NCBI RefSeq assembly: GCF_011386835.1
Contig: NC_088810.1
Coordinates: forward strand, 23,746,001-23,810,000
Direction of reading: 5' to 3'
Source: Chrysemys picta bellii
Taxonomy: Eukaryota
Length of the DNA: 64,000 nucleotides
Shown one piece after another: positions 33,678 to 52,388 of the stretch. The stretch's first letter is position 1. The number at the start of each line of letters is the position of its first letter. The notes under the pieces are model-generated. The model did not search any database. It saw only the letters and a program-made list of their open reading frames with translations, and was not told the origin of the DNA. Made by a program: the position numbers and the translations under genes.

Positions 33678-35256
33678 GCCCTAGCGAGAGCTTTGAGGGA
33701 CACCCACTTGGGGGGGTTAGAATTAAAAAGAGGCCAATGGAAGTGCGAGTCTCTTTGCAGACAGCTGGCGGGAGAACACGAGTACCCCTGGGCCATCACA
33801 TACACACACACCCCCGCCCTTTGATGATGCTTTCCAGCTGTTTGGCAAGGAGGGACTTTCACCCTTGGTTAGGCGAGAGGAAGGCTGGGGGGGGAGCCAC
33901 CAGCCACACAGGCCATTAAATCCTGCTTCCAGGCCTTAGCTCGGGAGCGGCAGTGGGGGGGGGGAAGGGTTGCCTAGATGGGATGGAAAATCAGTAGGGC
34001 TGGACAAAGAGTGCATGGGGGAATTGAGGAGAATAGCATCTTCAAAGCCCTTCCCACACTCCGGCTCTGCGAGGTGACGGAGATGTCAGAGACCTGCGTG
34101 ACTTTGCAGCTTCGAGCGAAATGCACCTGCCAGCTCGCTGCCTAAGCGTTTATATAGGCCTCCTTCACCCTAGGGTCACAGCACCTGGCACGCCAGGTCT
34201 GTCTTGTCGTCCCCCTCGTCTCCAGGGAGGAGCCGTTTTCCACACTGCCTGCGTTCACGTGTCCATTCTGGGGGGACCTGACCACCACGTGCTGAACGGT
34301 CACCGCGCCCAGGGTCATACAAAGTCTTTATTAATATTTCAAACCAGCCAGTCTGACAGGACAAGCGAAGAAAACCCACAATCAGGAGAGAAAACCCAGA
34401 GCCGTGTCACCCTGCTGCAGTGGAAGGAACTGGTCCTGACTAGGCAGTTATCTCTGGACTCGTTCCACGCTCATGGCAGTCAATTCTGAACAGGGCAAAT
34501 ATGGCAAAAATACCTCCAGGATTGGTGGTGCATCTCCAGCGCCCTGCTCATGATATTATTTAACTAAAATGAGATGCAAATGATTCATATTTCATAACTG
34601 CAAGGACTGTGCGGTGAAATTCAGGGTTGAGTAACTTAATCCTGTTTGGGAAGTTCTTGTCATGAACTGGCATGTGGGCTGGAGTGCTGCTGCCCTCTGC
34701 TGCATGCAATCAGCTCAGATCAACCATGTGTCATGAACCCTGTACTGCAGCGTTGCTCAACATTTTCAGGCTCTCATTCAGTCACAAATGTATGTGACAC
34801 CCCCCTCCCCAACACACAACACATTAACTGTGAAAGCAAGAGTACAACAATGTCTCAATGAAGCCAATAGAACTGATTTGTGTGGCTGTGTATTGAGAGG
34901 TTGACAGAGCACACTTCACCTGGATGGACCGGGCCGTGCTGGGAGTGGGGAAAGGAGATTTGCTTTGCTGTAGACTAATACATTTTTCGATGCCTCACGA
35001 ACCCCCGGTTGCCTTTCATGACCCTCCTCTCCAGGATTGAGAAACAAAGCTCTACTGCAGCTTGGTGAGGGAAAGTCTCCTTTAGCTCAAGGGAGTGGCT
35101 CTGTGTATTTGGGTCAGGTAGACGCGAGTTCAATCCTTGACACACCATGACCTTTCCCAGTGTGAGGTTCCCAGGTAGCGGCACGGTTGCTGCCAGACCT
35201 ATAAGTTTGCTCTCCTGCTTTGTATTCATGCCCTGTACAAAGCCAGCTGGGTGGGT

Positions 35257-37268
<2,012 letters not shown>

Positions 37269-37356
37269 TTAGCAGAGGCCACGGCCCCACTGGGGAGACA
37301 GAGAACGTGGGGGGCCCTTTGGGTGGGGCGTGTAGAGGAACCGACCTGGGGAGCTG

Positions 37357-38316
37357 AAGGTGGCCAGGTGTCCGGTTTTCGAGTGGAACACCCGGTCGAA
37401 AAGGGACCCTGGCGGTTCCGGTCAGCACCGTTAAAAGTCCCGTTGGCGGTGCTGTGGAGCTAAGGCAGGCTAGTCCCCCTACCTGTCCTGGCTCCGCGCT
37501 GCGCCCCAGAAGCGGCCAGCAGGCCCAGCTCCTAGGCGGGGAGGCCACAGGGCTCCACGCGCTGCCCCCACCCCGAGCACCAGCTCCGCACTCCCATTGG
37601 CCAGGAATTGTGGCCAATGGGAGCTGCAGGGGCGGTGCCTGCGGGCGAGAGCAGCGTGCAGAGCTGCCTGCCATCCCTCCGCCTAGGAGCCGGGCCTGCT
37701 GGCCGCTTCGAAGGCGCAGCGTGGAGTCAGGACAGGCAGGAACCCTGCCTTACCCCCTGCTGCGCCACTAACCGGGTGCCGTTGGAGGTAAGCCCGCGCC
37801 CCAACCCCCTGCCCCAGCCCTGAGCCCCCCCAAACCTGGAGCCCCCTCCTGCACCCCAAACCCCTCATCCATGGCCCCACCCCAGAGCCTGCACCCCCAG
37901 CTGGAGCCCTCACCCCCTCCTGCACCCCAACCCCCTGCCCTAGCCCGGAGCCCCCTCCTGCACCCTGAACCCCTCATTTCTGGCCCCACCCCAGAGCCCA
38001 CACCCCCAGTTACAACCCTCACCCCTCCCGCACCCCAACTCCCTGTCCCAATCCAGAGCCCCCTCCCGCACCCTGAACCCCTCATTTCTGGCCCCACCTC
38101 AGAGCCTGCACCCCCAGTTAGAGCCCTCACCCCTTCCCGCACCCCAACCCCCTGCCCCAGCCCAGTGAAAGTGAGTGAGGGTGGGGGAGAGCGAGCAACG
38201 GAGGGAGGGGGAATGTAGTGAGCGGGGGGCAGGGCCTCGGGAAAGGGGGAGTGGCCTCAAGGAAAGGGCGGGGCTAGGGTGTTTGGTTTTGTGCAATTTG
38301 AAAGTTGGGAACCCTA
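37357..38316 (+). mobile_element. Non-autonomous hAT-like element with C-rich internal subrepeats
   Basis: Starts (A)AGGTGGCCAGGTGTCCGGTTTTC and ends AAGTTGGGAACCCTA (degenerate TAGGGTTGCCA-type TIRs). About three ~120-bp internal repeats at 37800-38160. No convincing TSD. Confidence 0.65.
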
Positions 38317-39370
38317 GGCAGCCCAGGGAATGCCCAGCGCCTCCCAGCTTTGAACAACTCATGCCCAGGTTGGTTATTGCACCACAAAACCCTGATGAGG
38401 CCGTCTAGCGTCCCCGGCCCTCGAGCAGCGACGTGAGCCGTGCAGGGGAGGTGCCGGGGAACGGAGACAGCGACTTGGAGGAGTTTGCCCTGTGACCGCA
38501 GAGGAGCCTTTTGCCAGCGCTAAGCCGGGCTGTGTCGCCGGGGGCATTACCAGCGCCTCAGAGGAGGCTCTCGCTCGACGCCTCCGTTTTCAGAGGTCTC
38601 TAAATCACACACACACCGTCCACGTCGTCTCAAACTCAGCAGAAACATTCGACCTTGTTCCCCGGCCCGGCCTACCGGTTCTGAGGCCAATCCGTCTCTC
38701 TTTGTGGAGTCTAGAGGGGAACCCAGCACTGGCCTTTGAATGGAGACCCTCAGCTTGGAGGTGGCTCAGACGGGCCGGCGTGGCGCCCGAGTCCACTGCA
38801 GCCTTCCTGGTGATTTCAACGGGCTTTGCACCAGGCCCTGGAGTACTGGGGCGCCCTCCCCCGTGACACAGAAACACGGGAGAGGTGCCATGTTCTGCAG
38901 CTGATGCGTCCACTGGGGGATAGTCTGGGGACAGAGGCCCGACCCCCCCCCCCCCCACACACACACACACACACACACACAGGAATTTCTGCTGGGAATA
39001 TCGAGCCGCGTACGGCCACTGGGTCCCGCATTAGCTGCAAAACCAAACCTGGTAGCCCAGGAGAGGCCTTGCTTTGGAAAGGGATTGAAATCGTACAAAG
39101 TTGAACCACAGCGGGTGTTTCCTTCCCCTCGGCACACCCACACGCTGAGTCACTCCGGCCTGTCGCAGGCAGCGTCTGCTTTTCCACCAGCTCCTCCAGC
39201 CTCCCTGCTCTGGCCCGCCCAGCTCGGAGGAGGCAAACGAGCTGAGCTGTGAAGGGCCGGGGCTGGGGGGTGTCCTGCAGGGAAAGTCCCCTCGGGTAGC
39301 TTTGGTGATCAGTAGAAAACATTAGAGAGAGAGAGAGAGAGACACGTTGTGGAAGGAAGGATAGATAGAT

Positions 39371-39502
39371 NNNNNNNNNNNNNNNNNNNNNNNNNNNNNN
39401 NNNNNNNNNNNNNNNNNNNNNNNNNNNNNNNNNNNNNNNNNNNNNNNNNNNNNNNNNNNNNNNNNNNNNNNNNNNNNNNNNNNNNNNNNNNNNNNNNNNN
39501 NN
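39371..39502. other. Assembly gap (132 N) following GA/GATA microsatellite
   Basis: Run of N directly visible, preceded by (GA)n and (ATAG)n. Confidence 0.99.
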
Positions 39503-42333
39503 GGATGACCAAGCAGTGTTGGGCCAAGGCCAGGACAGTTTCCTGGCTTCTCCAGAGGGGACACAGGTGTATGGGGTCCTGCAGGAGTGAGGGGCCCTAT
39601 TGCCAGTTCTCCCCTCCTGTGCAGAGAGCCAGACCTCAGCCCTCCCCGGGCAGGTGGATAAACACCCCCGCCCTGGCAGGGCAAAGGCAAAGGCAGGAAA
39701 ATGCCCAGTTCAGCCTGGCCCGCCTCGGGGGAGCCAGCAGCCGGTTGAAGGGCAGCGGGCACGGGAGACGAGATGGATGCAGCGGGGCTCCAAGGGGTGA
39801 CGCCGGCCACAGACACAACCCTGCTCTTTCCAAAGCTCTTCTCATCTGCCATCCCCGGGGGTTAAAATACATCGTTCCTAGAGTGGTCCCGGGCCAGGCC
39901 AGGCGGCGGTTTGGCAGGGCGGCTGCTGAGTAAATCCCCATTTGCCTTGAAAATGGGAGCCAGCCGGAGAGACGGACCGAGCGCCCAGCCAAAGGCACAT
40001 TGCAAGGGGTGTGGCGGCTTCCCCTCCTCTGCCAGGGCTCCCCCATTCCCCCTCTCTGCTGCTGCACACGCGGGCCCCATCACGCCAGAAACCTCTACCG
40101 GCATCGCTTCCTGGGAGCGGCATCCCCACAGCTGGAACATCGGGGCAACCTCTGGAGTCCAGCCCAACCCCTCGGGGAAAGATGGCAGCATTTAGGAACA
40201 AAACTCACCGACACGGACAACGAGGTTAAGGGTCCGGGGCAGCCCAGCGTGAGCAGGCGTGTAGGGAGGGTGGGAACCGTCCTGAAGCCACCTGCTTTAC
40301 CAGCTCCCGGTTCAGACTCGGATGGGCTCTCCCAGGCATCAGGTTAATATCGCAGGCAAGTCTGGGAAACGGCCCCGAGCCAGATCCACCCAAGAGTTGC
40401 ATCAAACTGGCTTCGAATCCACGCCCTGAGCCGCGCATGGAGTTGGAGCAGCATCACAGACGGTTTTGAAATCCAGGCTGGGCGTTTGTCTAAACGCTTT
40501 GCTCTGGGAATTGGGGGGGGTCAACTCTCCGGCCCGTGTTATCCCGGAGGTCAGACAATGTCTGCAATGGGCCCCTCTAGCCATCTGTGACTCCACGAAT
40601 CCCCCAGCACACGGAGCTCCCGAGAGGGTCCTGGACTCCTTCATTTACTGAGCACAAGCGTTTTAGCTGGGGGGTCTCTCCCTTCCCATCCGTTCAAATC
40701 CTTTCTCCCCCTCTGGTGAGAGGAGGGAATCGAACCTGGGTCTCCCATATCCCACTGGAGTGCTCTCGCCACAGGGCAAAAAGTTATAAGATGGGCCTCC
40801 AGCCAGCTTCTGAACAGGACCCGACCAGAGATGCGCTCGGAGCTCGCCTACCGGCTCAGGCCCCGCACACAACTGGGACAGCCAACCGCCTCTACTCCCG
40901 GTGCACGGGCCTTTCTGGGCGTGGGCGCACAGGCAGTGGGGCTGGCGGGTCCAGAGGCAGTGACGTAGGTGCCTACAAGGCTCAGCGGGCATTTTGTGGA
41001 TCATAGTGGAGCCAAGACTTGGACTTAGGCCCCTAAACCTGAAACTCGCCTGCCCAAGCGCCTTCCGGACCCCACTTTCTGTGCCACGTTTTGGGGGTGA
41101 CCAGCACTTCCCTGCTGCCCAGGGGGGTGCAGATAAACACATCAACCCCTGTGAGATCCAACCAACAGTCTGTTCCAAGTGCTGTATGCCCCTCACTCTG
41201 CAGTAGGGCAATGCCAGATTAGGCGGAAAGAGCCCAGGACTATATTCCTGTCTAACGTCTCTTTAAACAAAAGCTCACAGGTGCTTTGTTTCTGGTGTCC
41301 GTCCGTCTCCCGGGATTTGTAAACTTGTTCAAACTTCCCAGATAAATAGTTTCAAGAACTTGTGAGCTGTTCAGCTACTCTGGCACCAGCGGTGCTAAGA
41401 GAGACACCGAGGAGCGAAGAGAGACTGGCTCATCGTGATATGGAAAAAGCTCACTGGCGATTTCTGCACTTTTACGTCCTTTGAGAGGGTGGTTCAGGGC
41501 TGGGGAATGAAGTGTCATTAAACCTTCAGGGGCTCGGTTTCTTACCCGGAGAACGCAGGGCTATGAAACTACCTCCCTTGGCAAACAAAAAATAACATCA
41601 AATAAATCCCCAGCTCTTTAATAATGCATCATAAATAAATAGAAAACAGCACAAATTCCTGCAGCTAAATACAACCCTGTCTGGAAAGGCAGCTGCTTCT
41701 GGCCCAGGGAGAGGATCTTGTCTTTAAATAATGGATTTAAAGATCACCTTAGCGGAGCAACTTCCCCCAGCCCCCTGTTTGAATCTGGTCTCCCAATTAA
41801 GAAGTAGGTTAAATCTGTTGTCAATTTCCTTACCCAATGTGGGAAGCTGATTGGTTCCCCTCAGGGGCGTGGGACAGGCCAGCTGTGTTATAAAAGACCA
41901 GCTCCGGGGGGCGGGAAAGGCACTGAGAGATCTGAGTATTTTCAGTGTTGGGGAAGTGGTGGAAAAAGTGAGAAGGGATGTTTTAAAGAGGGGAAAAAGA
42001 GCTGCCTTTGTTTGTGGTTCAGGCCTTTATAAATAGCCCAGGCGGATGTCTCTGGGGTGTAGCGTTTCAAGGAAGGATTTTAATGCTGGCTCTCTGCATG
42101 CAGGCTCTTGCTCTAGGTAGATGAGTGACTCATGTGGGTGTGGCACAGAGCTGAGCAGCCTAGGACCGTAGTACATAACTCTGTTTTTTAGATGAGACAG
42201 GTGGGGGCAGGGGAGCGTGGCTAGTTCACAGCTGGCAGCCCCATAGGGTGGGATTGAAGTTTCTCCATCTTGTAGGAGATTTAAATGATCCACTGACTTG
42301 CAGGGGAGGCCATCCTGTTTCCGTCGTGGGGGG

Positions 42334-43074
42334 TGTCACGGACTCACAGATCGTGCCCATTCTTGGCTCCGTGGGGGGTGCCCCTTTCAGTGGGACAGCC
42401 CTTCTCAGGGGTCCACTCTCTCCTGGGGTTGGCCCCTCCACCTCCTGGAGCCGCAACCTCTGAGCCTTAGCACGTCTGTCTCTCGCTGTGGGCCCCCTCA
42501 GGGAGTCCCTTCGCTCGGGACCCCCGGGGCCTCCACGCCTGAAGGGGTTGATGCAATCCTGTTCTCTAGACCAGAGCAACTCTCAGCCAGTATAAAACAG
42601 GAGGGTTTATTGAGAGTTGAACCCACACAGGAACCTCTCAGGGCCTCAGGGTCTGGCCTCCCTCAGCACAGCACATCCCAGTCTCTCTGCATCCAGGTGG
42701 GCTCTGCCTGCTCCCCCTCTCCAGCCCCTAGCCCCCCTGCTTCCCAGCTGAGCATCTGAGATCCCCGGCCCCAAACCCCGCCTCTGTCCATTGTCTTCTC
42801 TCCAGGGAAACAGGGTCGTAAACCGGGGCCTCCTCTTCTGTCCTCTGGCTGGAACCGGCTGGTTAGGTCACTGGGTCCTCACTCTGCAACCCATTGTCCT
42901 CCCACTGTCCAGAACCGGCTGCAACTCCTGATCTGGGTCGCCCAGTCGCCGGGGTAAACTCCCTCTCCCTCACCTCATTAAACCAGTAACACCCAGGGAA
43001 ACTGAGTCCCACCCCCTCCGCATGCAAACCATTGAAACCCCACCGAAAACAAGAAAACCCCCCACTTCGCCACA
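42334..43074 (-). mobile_element. Solo LTR (741 bp)
   Basis: TGTCACG to CGCCACA termini with G-runs on both flanks, compatible with a GGGG duplication. AATAAA on the minus strand at 42611-42606. No internal coding sequence. Confidence 0.7.
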
Positions 43075-44738
43075 GGGGGGCTGCTAGGTCCTAGGCAGCG
43101 TGTGAAGCCGCTATCGTAGCCTGGTAGCAGTCAGGACACCCGGTGCTGCACAGGGACTTACCCAGGGCTTCATCTGTATTGAAAGAGGTGCCGGGGCTCA
43201 GGCAGTCTTTTAACCTTCATAACTATGGCAACAAGCCCAGAGGCACCGGGGCTCTGAACGGCCAGGCCCGGGGCTCAGGCCTGGACCAAAGTAAACACCA
43301 GACTTAACTACTTTGAAGGCTCTTCCCCGGAAATAAAAGCTCTTCCTACCCGAGGGAAGAAGGTTATTTAGTGAGGACTCAGCCCAACTTTCCTGCCTTC
43401 TGGCCTCTCCTCAGCATGGTGCAGCACGGCTCCGCTCCCGGCTCTGAGGCCGCGGAAGGGGTCTCGGGTCCATTCCAGCGCTCGGAGGGAGTGGGGTCTA
43501 GTGGCTAGTACAGCAAGGGGCCAGTGGTCAAGAAAACTAAGCTCTGTATAATAATAACTCCACCGACCCAGAGACGGGGGCTCATGGTCTGAAACGCCCG
43601 ATCTCTGGGCAAGCCCAGGTCAGAATCCACCCTGCTGAGATGAAGCCGTGAGTTCCACCTAGTTGTAAGAGGTTGCGGCTCAATCAGCAAAGGCTCTGCC
43701 TGTTCTCCAGGGCTCGTAAAATCCTCGACTGTGCAGCGCGCTGGGGTCGCTGCCTCCCTCCGCCTCAGAGGTGGCTGCATTTAAGTGGCGCTTTGTGTCC
43801 TCCAGCACTTAGATGGGGGGAAGGGTGTTGTATAAAAGCAATAGATTCCCTACCCCTGGCTGGGGCGGGTAGGAATTGGGCAGTGTCCCTTTAAATAGTC
43901 CGGGAGCCTCCGGCGCTGCTCACCGCGTCCTAGTGCGGACACAGGGCAGCCGGGTGGACGTGGAGCTCGGCCGTGTGAGTTCTTGGACCCGGCTGCGTCC
44001 CCGGGAGAGCAAAGGCGCACAGAACCGGCCCGGGGCCGCATTCCGAGAAGGACTAAGGGGTAAATTTTTCCGAGAGAGAGTCATTACCCAGAGGGGCGAT
44101 TTCCAAAGGGGTGGAGAGATTCTCCATCACTGGCAATTTAAGAATCCCAATGGGATGTTTTCCAAAAAGCTCGGCTCTAGGAATTCTGTGGGGGCCGTTC
44201 TCTGGACGGAGCTACGCAGACGAGAGGCTCCCAACGGTCCCTCCTGGCCTTGGCATCTCTGAACGTATGCCCCCGAGGCAGGCAAGCGCCTACTCCCCCC
44301 CATGTGTCTGCGAAACCAAGCCAGTGCCACGTTCGTGGGGCCGGGCTGGGGGAGGCGGGTTCAGGGGGGGTTGGCACCGCCCGGGGTGGAATAGCAGGCT
44401 GTTTCAGCCAGGTCCCAACACCCTGCCCGTCACTGGGGTATCTGGGCGCCTGCTGGGAAGAGAGGGTGTGTGAGGTCCCTGAGAGTCGGATCAGACTTGG
44501 GTTTTCTGCCCAGTGCATGGTTTAACTCCCTCCCTTCTCCTTTCACGGGCATGGCGGGCTGTGTCAGCAGCCTCTGGGTCAGGCAGGAAGCCAGGGGCGT
44601 TACGAGGGGGAAAGGGAAACCTTCCGGGGGCCCGATCCCAGCCCTGCTCACGAGACACAACGGAAACCTCTGGCTGAAGCAACTTTACTGTGCATGGACC
44701 CCGTTCACACACAGCGGCCACGCAGGGCGGCTCGGGGT

Positions 44739-45888
<1,150 letters not shown>

Positions 45889-46954
45889 ACAGCAGAGTGC
45901 AGGGCTTGGGGGAGAGCAAATGGCACTTCGGGGGGGATAAGGGGGCTGACTCTCCAGCCTCCCCCCGCGAGGTCTCACCTTGCAGCACCCCCCACTGTGC
46001 TCCGGGGCACGGTGATGGAACAAAAACGACATGATCCGGTGACCTCGCCGTGACTGACTGTTTTTTCCCTGCCCCTCTGCCGGGATATCGACTACAAATG
46101 TGGCGTGCCAGGATCGTAGCCTCAGAAGGAGACAGAGGGAGGGAGGCAAAGCCCAGCCCCTCGTGTGTAACCCTGTCCTGGGGGCCGTGCCCGCGTCTGA
46201 CCCATACCAGAGCCGGTCTGGCTTTTCCTGGGGCTTTGGCAGCGTTCGTCTCAGTGAACTGAACTCTCTGGGGCTGGCTCAGGGGGATGGGTCCTTCCTG
46301 CTGCAGGAGTGCCTAGCAGCTAGAGCCCCACATGGGTTTCATCCCGCTCCCGCTATCACAGCAGTGAGTCCTGCAGGACCCGTGGGATCCCAATCCTGCT
46401 GCAGGGCTCGGGGTCACTCCCTGCTCCGCCCAGGGAGAGTGCAAAGCAGCAATGGGGCTAGAAATCCCTACGTAATTCCCCTGCCTGCTCCGGGCCTTCA
46501 TTAGCAGAGCACCATCCCACAGCGCCCCTGGGAAGGAGAGGCCGTATCCCCACCCGGATGCCTATGGGGAAACAGAATGGTGAAAGAGAGGCTCTGGGTT
46601 ACACAACACGTCAGTGGCAAAGCAGGGATTCGAACCGAGCACCGGGCATGAGCGATGCAGGGGGGATTTCTGCTACACACACGCTAGGAAGCAGAGCTTG
46701 AGCTGATGGGTCAGAACCATCCCCAGCCCAACAGCCCCCTCAGCCCCCGGCTTTGAACTCCGCCAACAGCTCTGTGCGTGGCTCTGTAGCCCGCGTCTGC
46801 AGCTCCGAGCTCAGCCCCCGTTGCCAGTCCGGAGTGGACCCAGCCCCCTCACTCTGCACCTGCCAGGAAGTCCCAACACCTCTCAAAGTGCCCTTTGCAG
46901 CCAGCTACGGAGCAAGGCCGTGCAATGAAACCAAATAATCCCGAGAAAACTTAC

Positions 46955-47025
46955 CAAGCCAAGCGGAAGGGGGATCCGAGCAGCGAGGGAGGGGAATGGA
47001 GCCAGGGGAAGTGTGGCGCTATACC
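46955..47025 (-). promoter_or_regulatory. Probable non-coding exon 1 of S100A2-like
   Basis: GCTTG|GTAAGT donor at 46954-46950, with an exon end like those of A5 and A6. Only a weak TATA-like GTATAG at 47024-47019. Confidence 0.5.
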
Positions 47026-47709
47026 CAATAGGATGCAGCCTGCTTTCTCCAGCAGCTCTGGGAAGAGCAGACCTGTAAGAACCTGAATTCCCCTAGAAGA
47101 CGCCCTCCCCCCAGGCCAGCCTGCGGCGCGGCCTCCCCGAGCTGAATTTCCATCTTCAGCACCCAGCGTCTCTATTTCAGTTGTGTCCCGTCCCTGGGGA
47201 GGGAAGCTGGGTGGCTTGGACGGGGTTAATTAATGTCCAGGGGGTGCTTTGGACCTGGATAAATGCTGCAAGTCGTTTGTGGTTTGGATTGAGAATTGTG
47301 AGCTGAAAATGCAGGTATCAAGCCTCATTCTGGGGTGGATCCTGGCCCCCCCCATGACACCCAGGCCTAGCAAGACTCCCAGATATCACCCCACAAAATT
47401 AAAAGGCATTTTCCCCTTTGGGCTCTGTGGCTGTTGTTTGAACCATGACTATTAACGGCAGCTTTTCCTGATAACCAGCACAGACCTGCCTCCCGCTAAC
47501 GAGGCCCTGGGCGTGCGAGCTGAAACCTGTCTAGCAGGTATTGCAGAGCTGAGCACACCTGGGTACCTGCAGCCACACCCACACACCTGAGCACAGACCC
47601 AGCCACGTGAGCTCAGCTGCTCCATGTGCCAGGAGGTAACGTGCAAGATTGCTCCCTGGAAACGTTACGGGGCAGGAATTCAGACCGACCCCAGATTTGA
47701 TTCCCAGAA

Positions 47710-48412
47710 TAATCAGTTGCCCAAATACAAAATGGGAAATGGACTGCCAAGGCCGGGGTACTGCAGAAACCGATCTGGGGGCTATAGGGGGTCACAGGCT
47801 ATGAGTCCACATGATACTGCTGCAAAGAAAGTGAGCGCCATTCCGGGATGGACCAGCTGGAGTGTTATAAGCGAGACGCAGGACGTAATTCTCTTCCGCT
47901 CTTCTTCACGCTGATTGGGCCTCACCCGGAGCAGTGTCCAGTTCTGAACACTGCGCTTCGGGGACGGGGGGACAAATTGGAGAAAGCCCAGAGGAGAGCG
48001 TCTAGAAAACACGGCCTACAAGGAAAGGCTGAAAAATTGGGTTTGTTTCGTGTGGAGAAGAGAAGGCTGAGGGGGGAACAGAACAGTCTTCAGACATGTA
48101 AAAGGTTGTTATAAAGAGGAGGGTGATAAATTGTTCTCCTGAACCACTGGGGTCAGGACGAGAAGTAACGGGTTGAAATTGCAGCAAGGGAGATTTCGAT
48201 CAGACATTAGGGCAAACAGCCTGTCGGGGTCGTTAAGCACTGGAACTGATTACTGACCGAGGTTGTGGAATCTCTGTCACTGGAGGGTTTTAGGAGCAGG
48301 TTGGACAAACCCCTGTTGGGGATGTTCTAGACAATACTTAGTCCTGGCTGAGTGCAGGGGACTGGACTAGACGACCTCGCGAGGTCCCTTCCAGCCCGAC
48401 ATTTCTATAATT
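47710..48412 (+). mobile_element. Decayed CR1 LINE 3' fragment
   Basis: KYKMGN..(S)TAE.DLG.., HPEQCPVL..DKLEKAQRRA, LFRVEKRRLRG motifs with frameshifts; ends GAGGTCCCTTCCAGCCCGACATTTCTATAATTC. Confidence 0.88.
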
Positions 48413-49625
48413 CCAGGCCTCTTCAGCCTCTGAGATTCTCCCGGGGGGTCTAGTCCCTCTGGTGGCTTAGGGGACGTCTCCTCTCCAAGCCTCCAGCTGC
48501 TTCCCTGCTGCGAACAGCCCTGGCCTTGGGTCCCTCCTCAGCCCTCAGCGTTTCAGCATCTTGGGAATGGCAGATCCAGGGGCCTCTCTACTTCAGTCCC
48601 TCGCTTCCTGACCCCCTCACCCTCTCAGCATAGCCCAGACGCCTGCCTTAGGGGCAGGGTTGCCCCGTGGGTTTGTGTCCGCCTGCCTTGGGCCCCTGCT
48701 GCTCTAAATCATGGCTCTGGGAGGGGTCGATGTGTGTTTTAGCCGACGCTCGGTGTGAGCGAGGAAACTCAAAGCCCGGCCTGTGCCTCCTGCCTGCTGC
48801 CCGTGCTCTCTCGAGACGGATCGTGTGGAAGTGAAAGGACCCGGCTCACCGGTGGAAGGCGACCTCCCAATGTTCGTCCCGTGGCTGGATGCACAGCGGG
48901 AAGGCGCTCGGCTCCTACGGGGGGAGGGCGGCACAGGAACCTACAGGGAACTGACCAGTGCAGGGAGGCTTTAGCCGCAGGGCAATGCGGCTGGCCGGGG
49001 TCTCGGGAGCCACCGAGAATGCAGCCCAGCTGGGAGAATTCGAGGTTATCGCTCCAGGCTGGCCTTGCACAGCCCTTCACACGCGTGGGCCGCCAAAGCT
49101 CGCGCACCAAGAGCTTTGCAAGCCGAGTCGGCCCGAGCTTGGGCCATGTGGTTCGAGTTACAGGCGCGCCGAGGCTCTGCTCAGAGCATGCAGAGCCCAG
49201 CGTGTGGGGTCCTTTTTTTTTCCTTTTCTGCTTGCGTCACTCGGAAACGGCTTGAATCATCGGGCTCAAAGTTTCCAAAACAATCGCCCCCGGGCTGGGA
49301 CGCAGCATGGGGAATCCTAGGCCGAAAGGAATCGGCAGGGGGAATTGATGAGTAATTTGAAAAGGCTAATTAGCCAGGAAGTTAGACCTGAACCTTCTCT
49401 ATGGAGGCCACTGCTCCCCCCTCCCCTCATTACCGGCTGGATTCTGAAAGGCTCAGATGAGACTCTGGGATCACAGAGCCTTGGAGATGAGCCCAGAAAA
49501 TCTCGCTCCTGAGACACACCCTGGCATAAGCATCTTTAGAAAGACTTTTATTGAAAGCCCGGGTGATTACACTGGAAACACGGGGGGTTGAGGCACAGGA
49601 ATCCCGGCCCCGCTGGCATCTGGGG

Positions 49626-51911
<2,286 letters not shown>

Positions 51912-52318
51912 TTAGAGCCGGGGAGGGGAGCAAAGGGAAGGTGGGAACAGAGTCGTCCTCGGGTGCTGACTGCCCCTCGCCCAGGCTCACAGAATAGGAG
52001 GGAAGATGGTGCCTGGGGTGTCTCAAACTAGCTCTACCATCTTGGAAAGGGATTTGCACCACTGGATGCAATGTCCTCCGTCCTGGAGAACGATGGCCGC
52101 AGCCGAAGGGCCTTCACAGCTGGCGAGGGACTGGCCCAGCTGGGCCCAGCTGTATGTGCTGGAGAGAGATCTCCACAGCTGGCGAGGGCCCTGGCAGCAC
52201 AGCTGGAGACAACATCTGGCTGAAGCCTGCAGCAGAGCGTAACATGCAGCTCTGGCCTAAATCTAGAGCCACCTGCCCAGGCGGCAATGGACAGGGAGCC
52301 CCGGGGGGAGCCGCTTAC

Positions 52319-52388
52319 TGAGATCAGTGCAGGGGCTGGCAGCCAAGGAGCAGAGATGCTGGTGCACAGCGGGAACTGGCCATTTATA
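52319..52388 (-). promoter_or_regulatory. TATA box and non-coding exon 1 of the second S100A4-like gene
   Basis: TATAAAT at 52388-52382 and GTAAG donor at 52318-52314 give a ~40-nt exon 1. Exon 2 acceptor CAG at 51887-51885. Confidence 0.7.
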
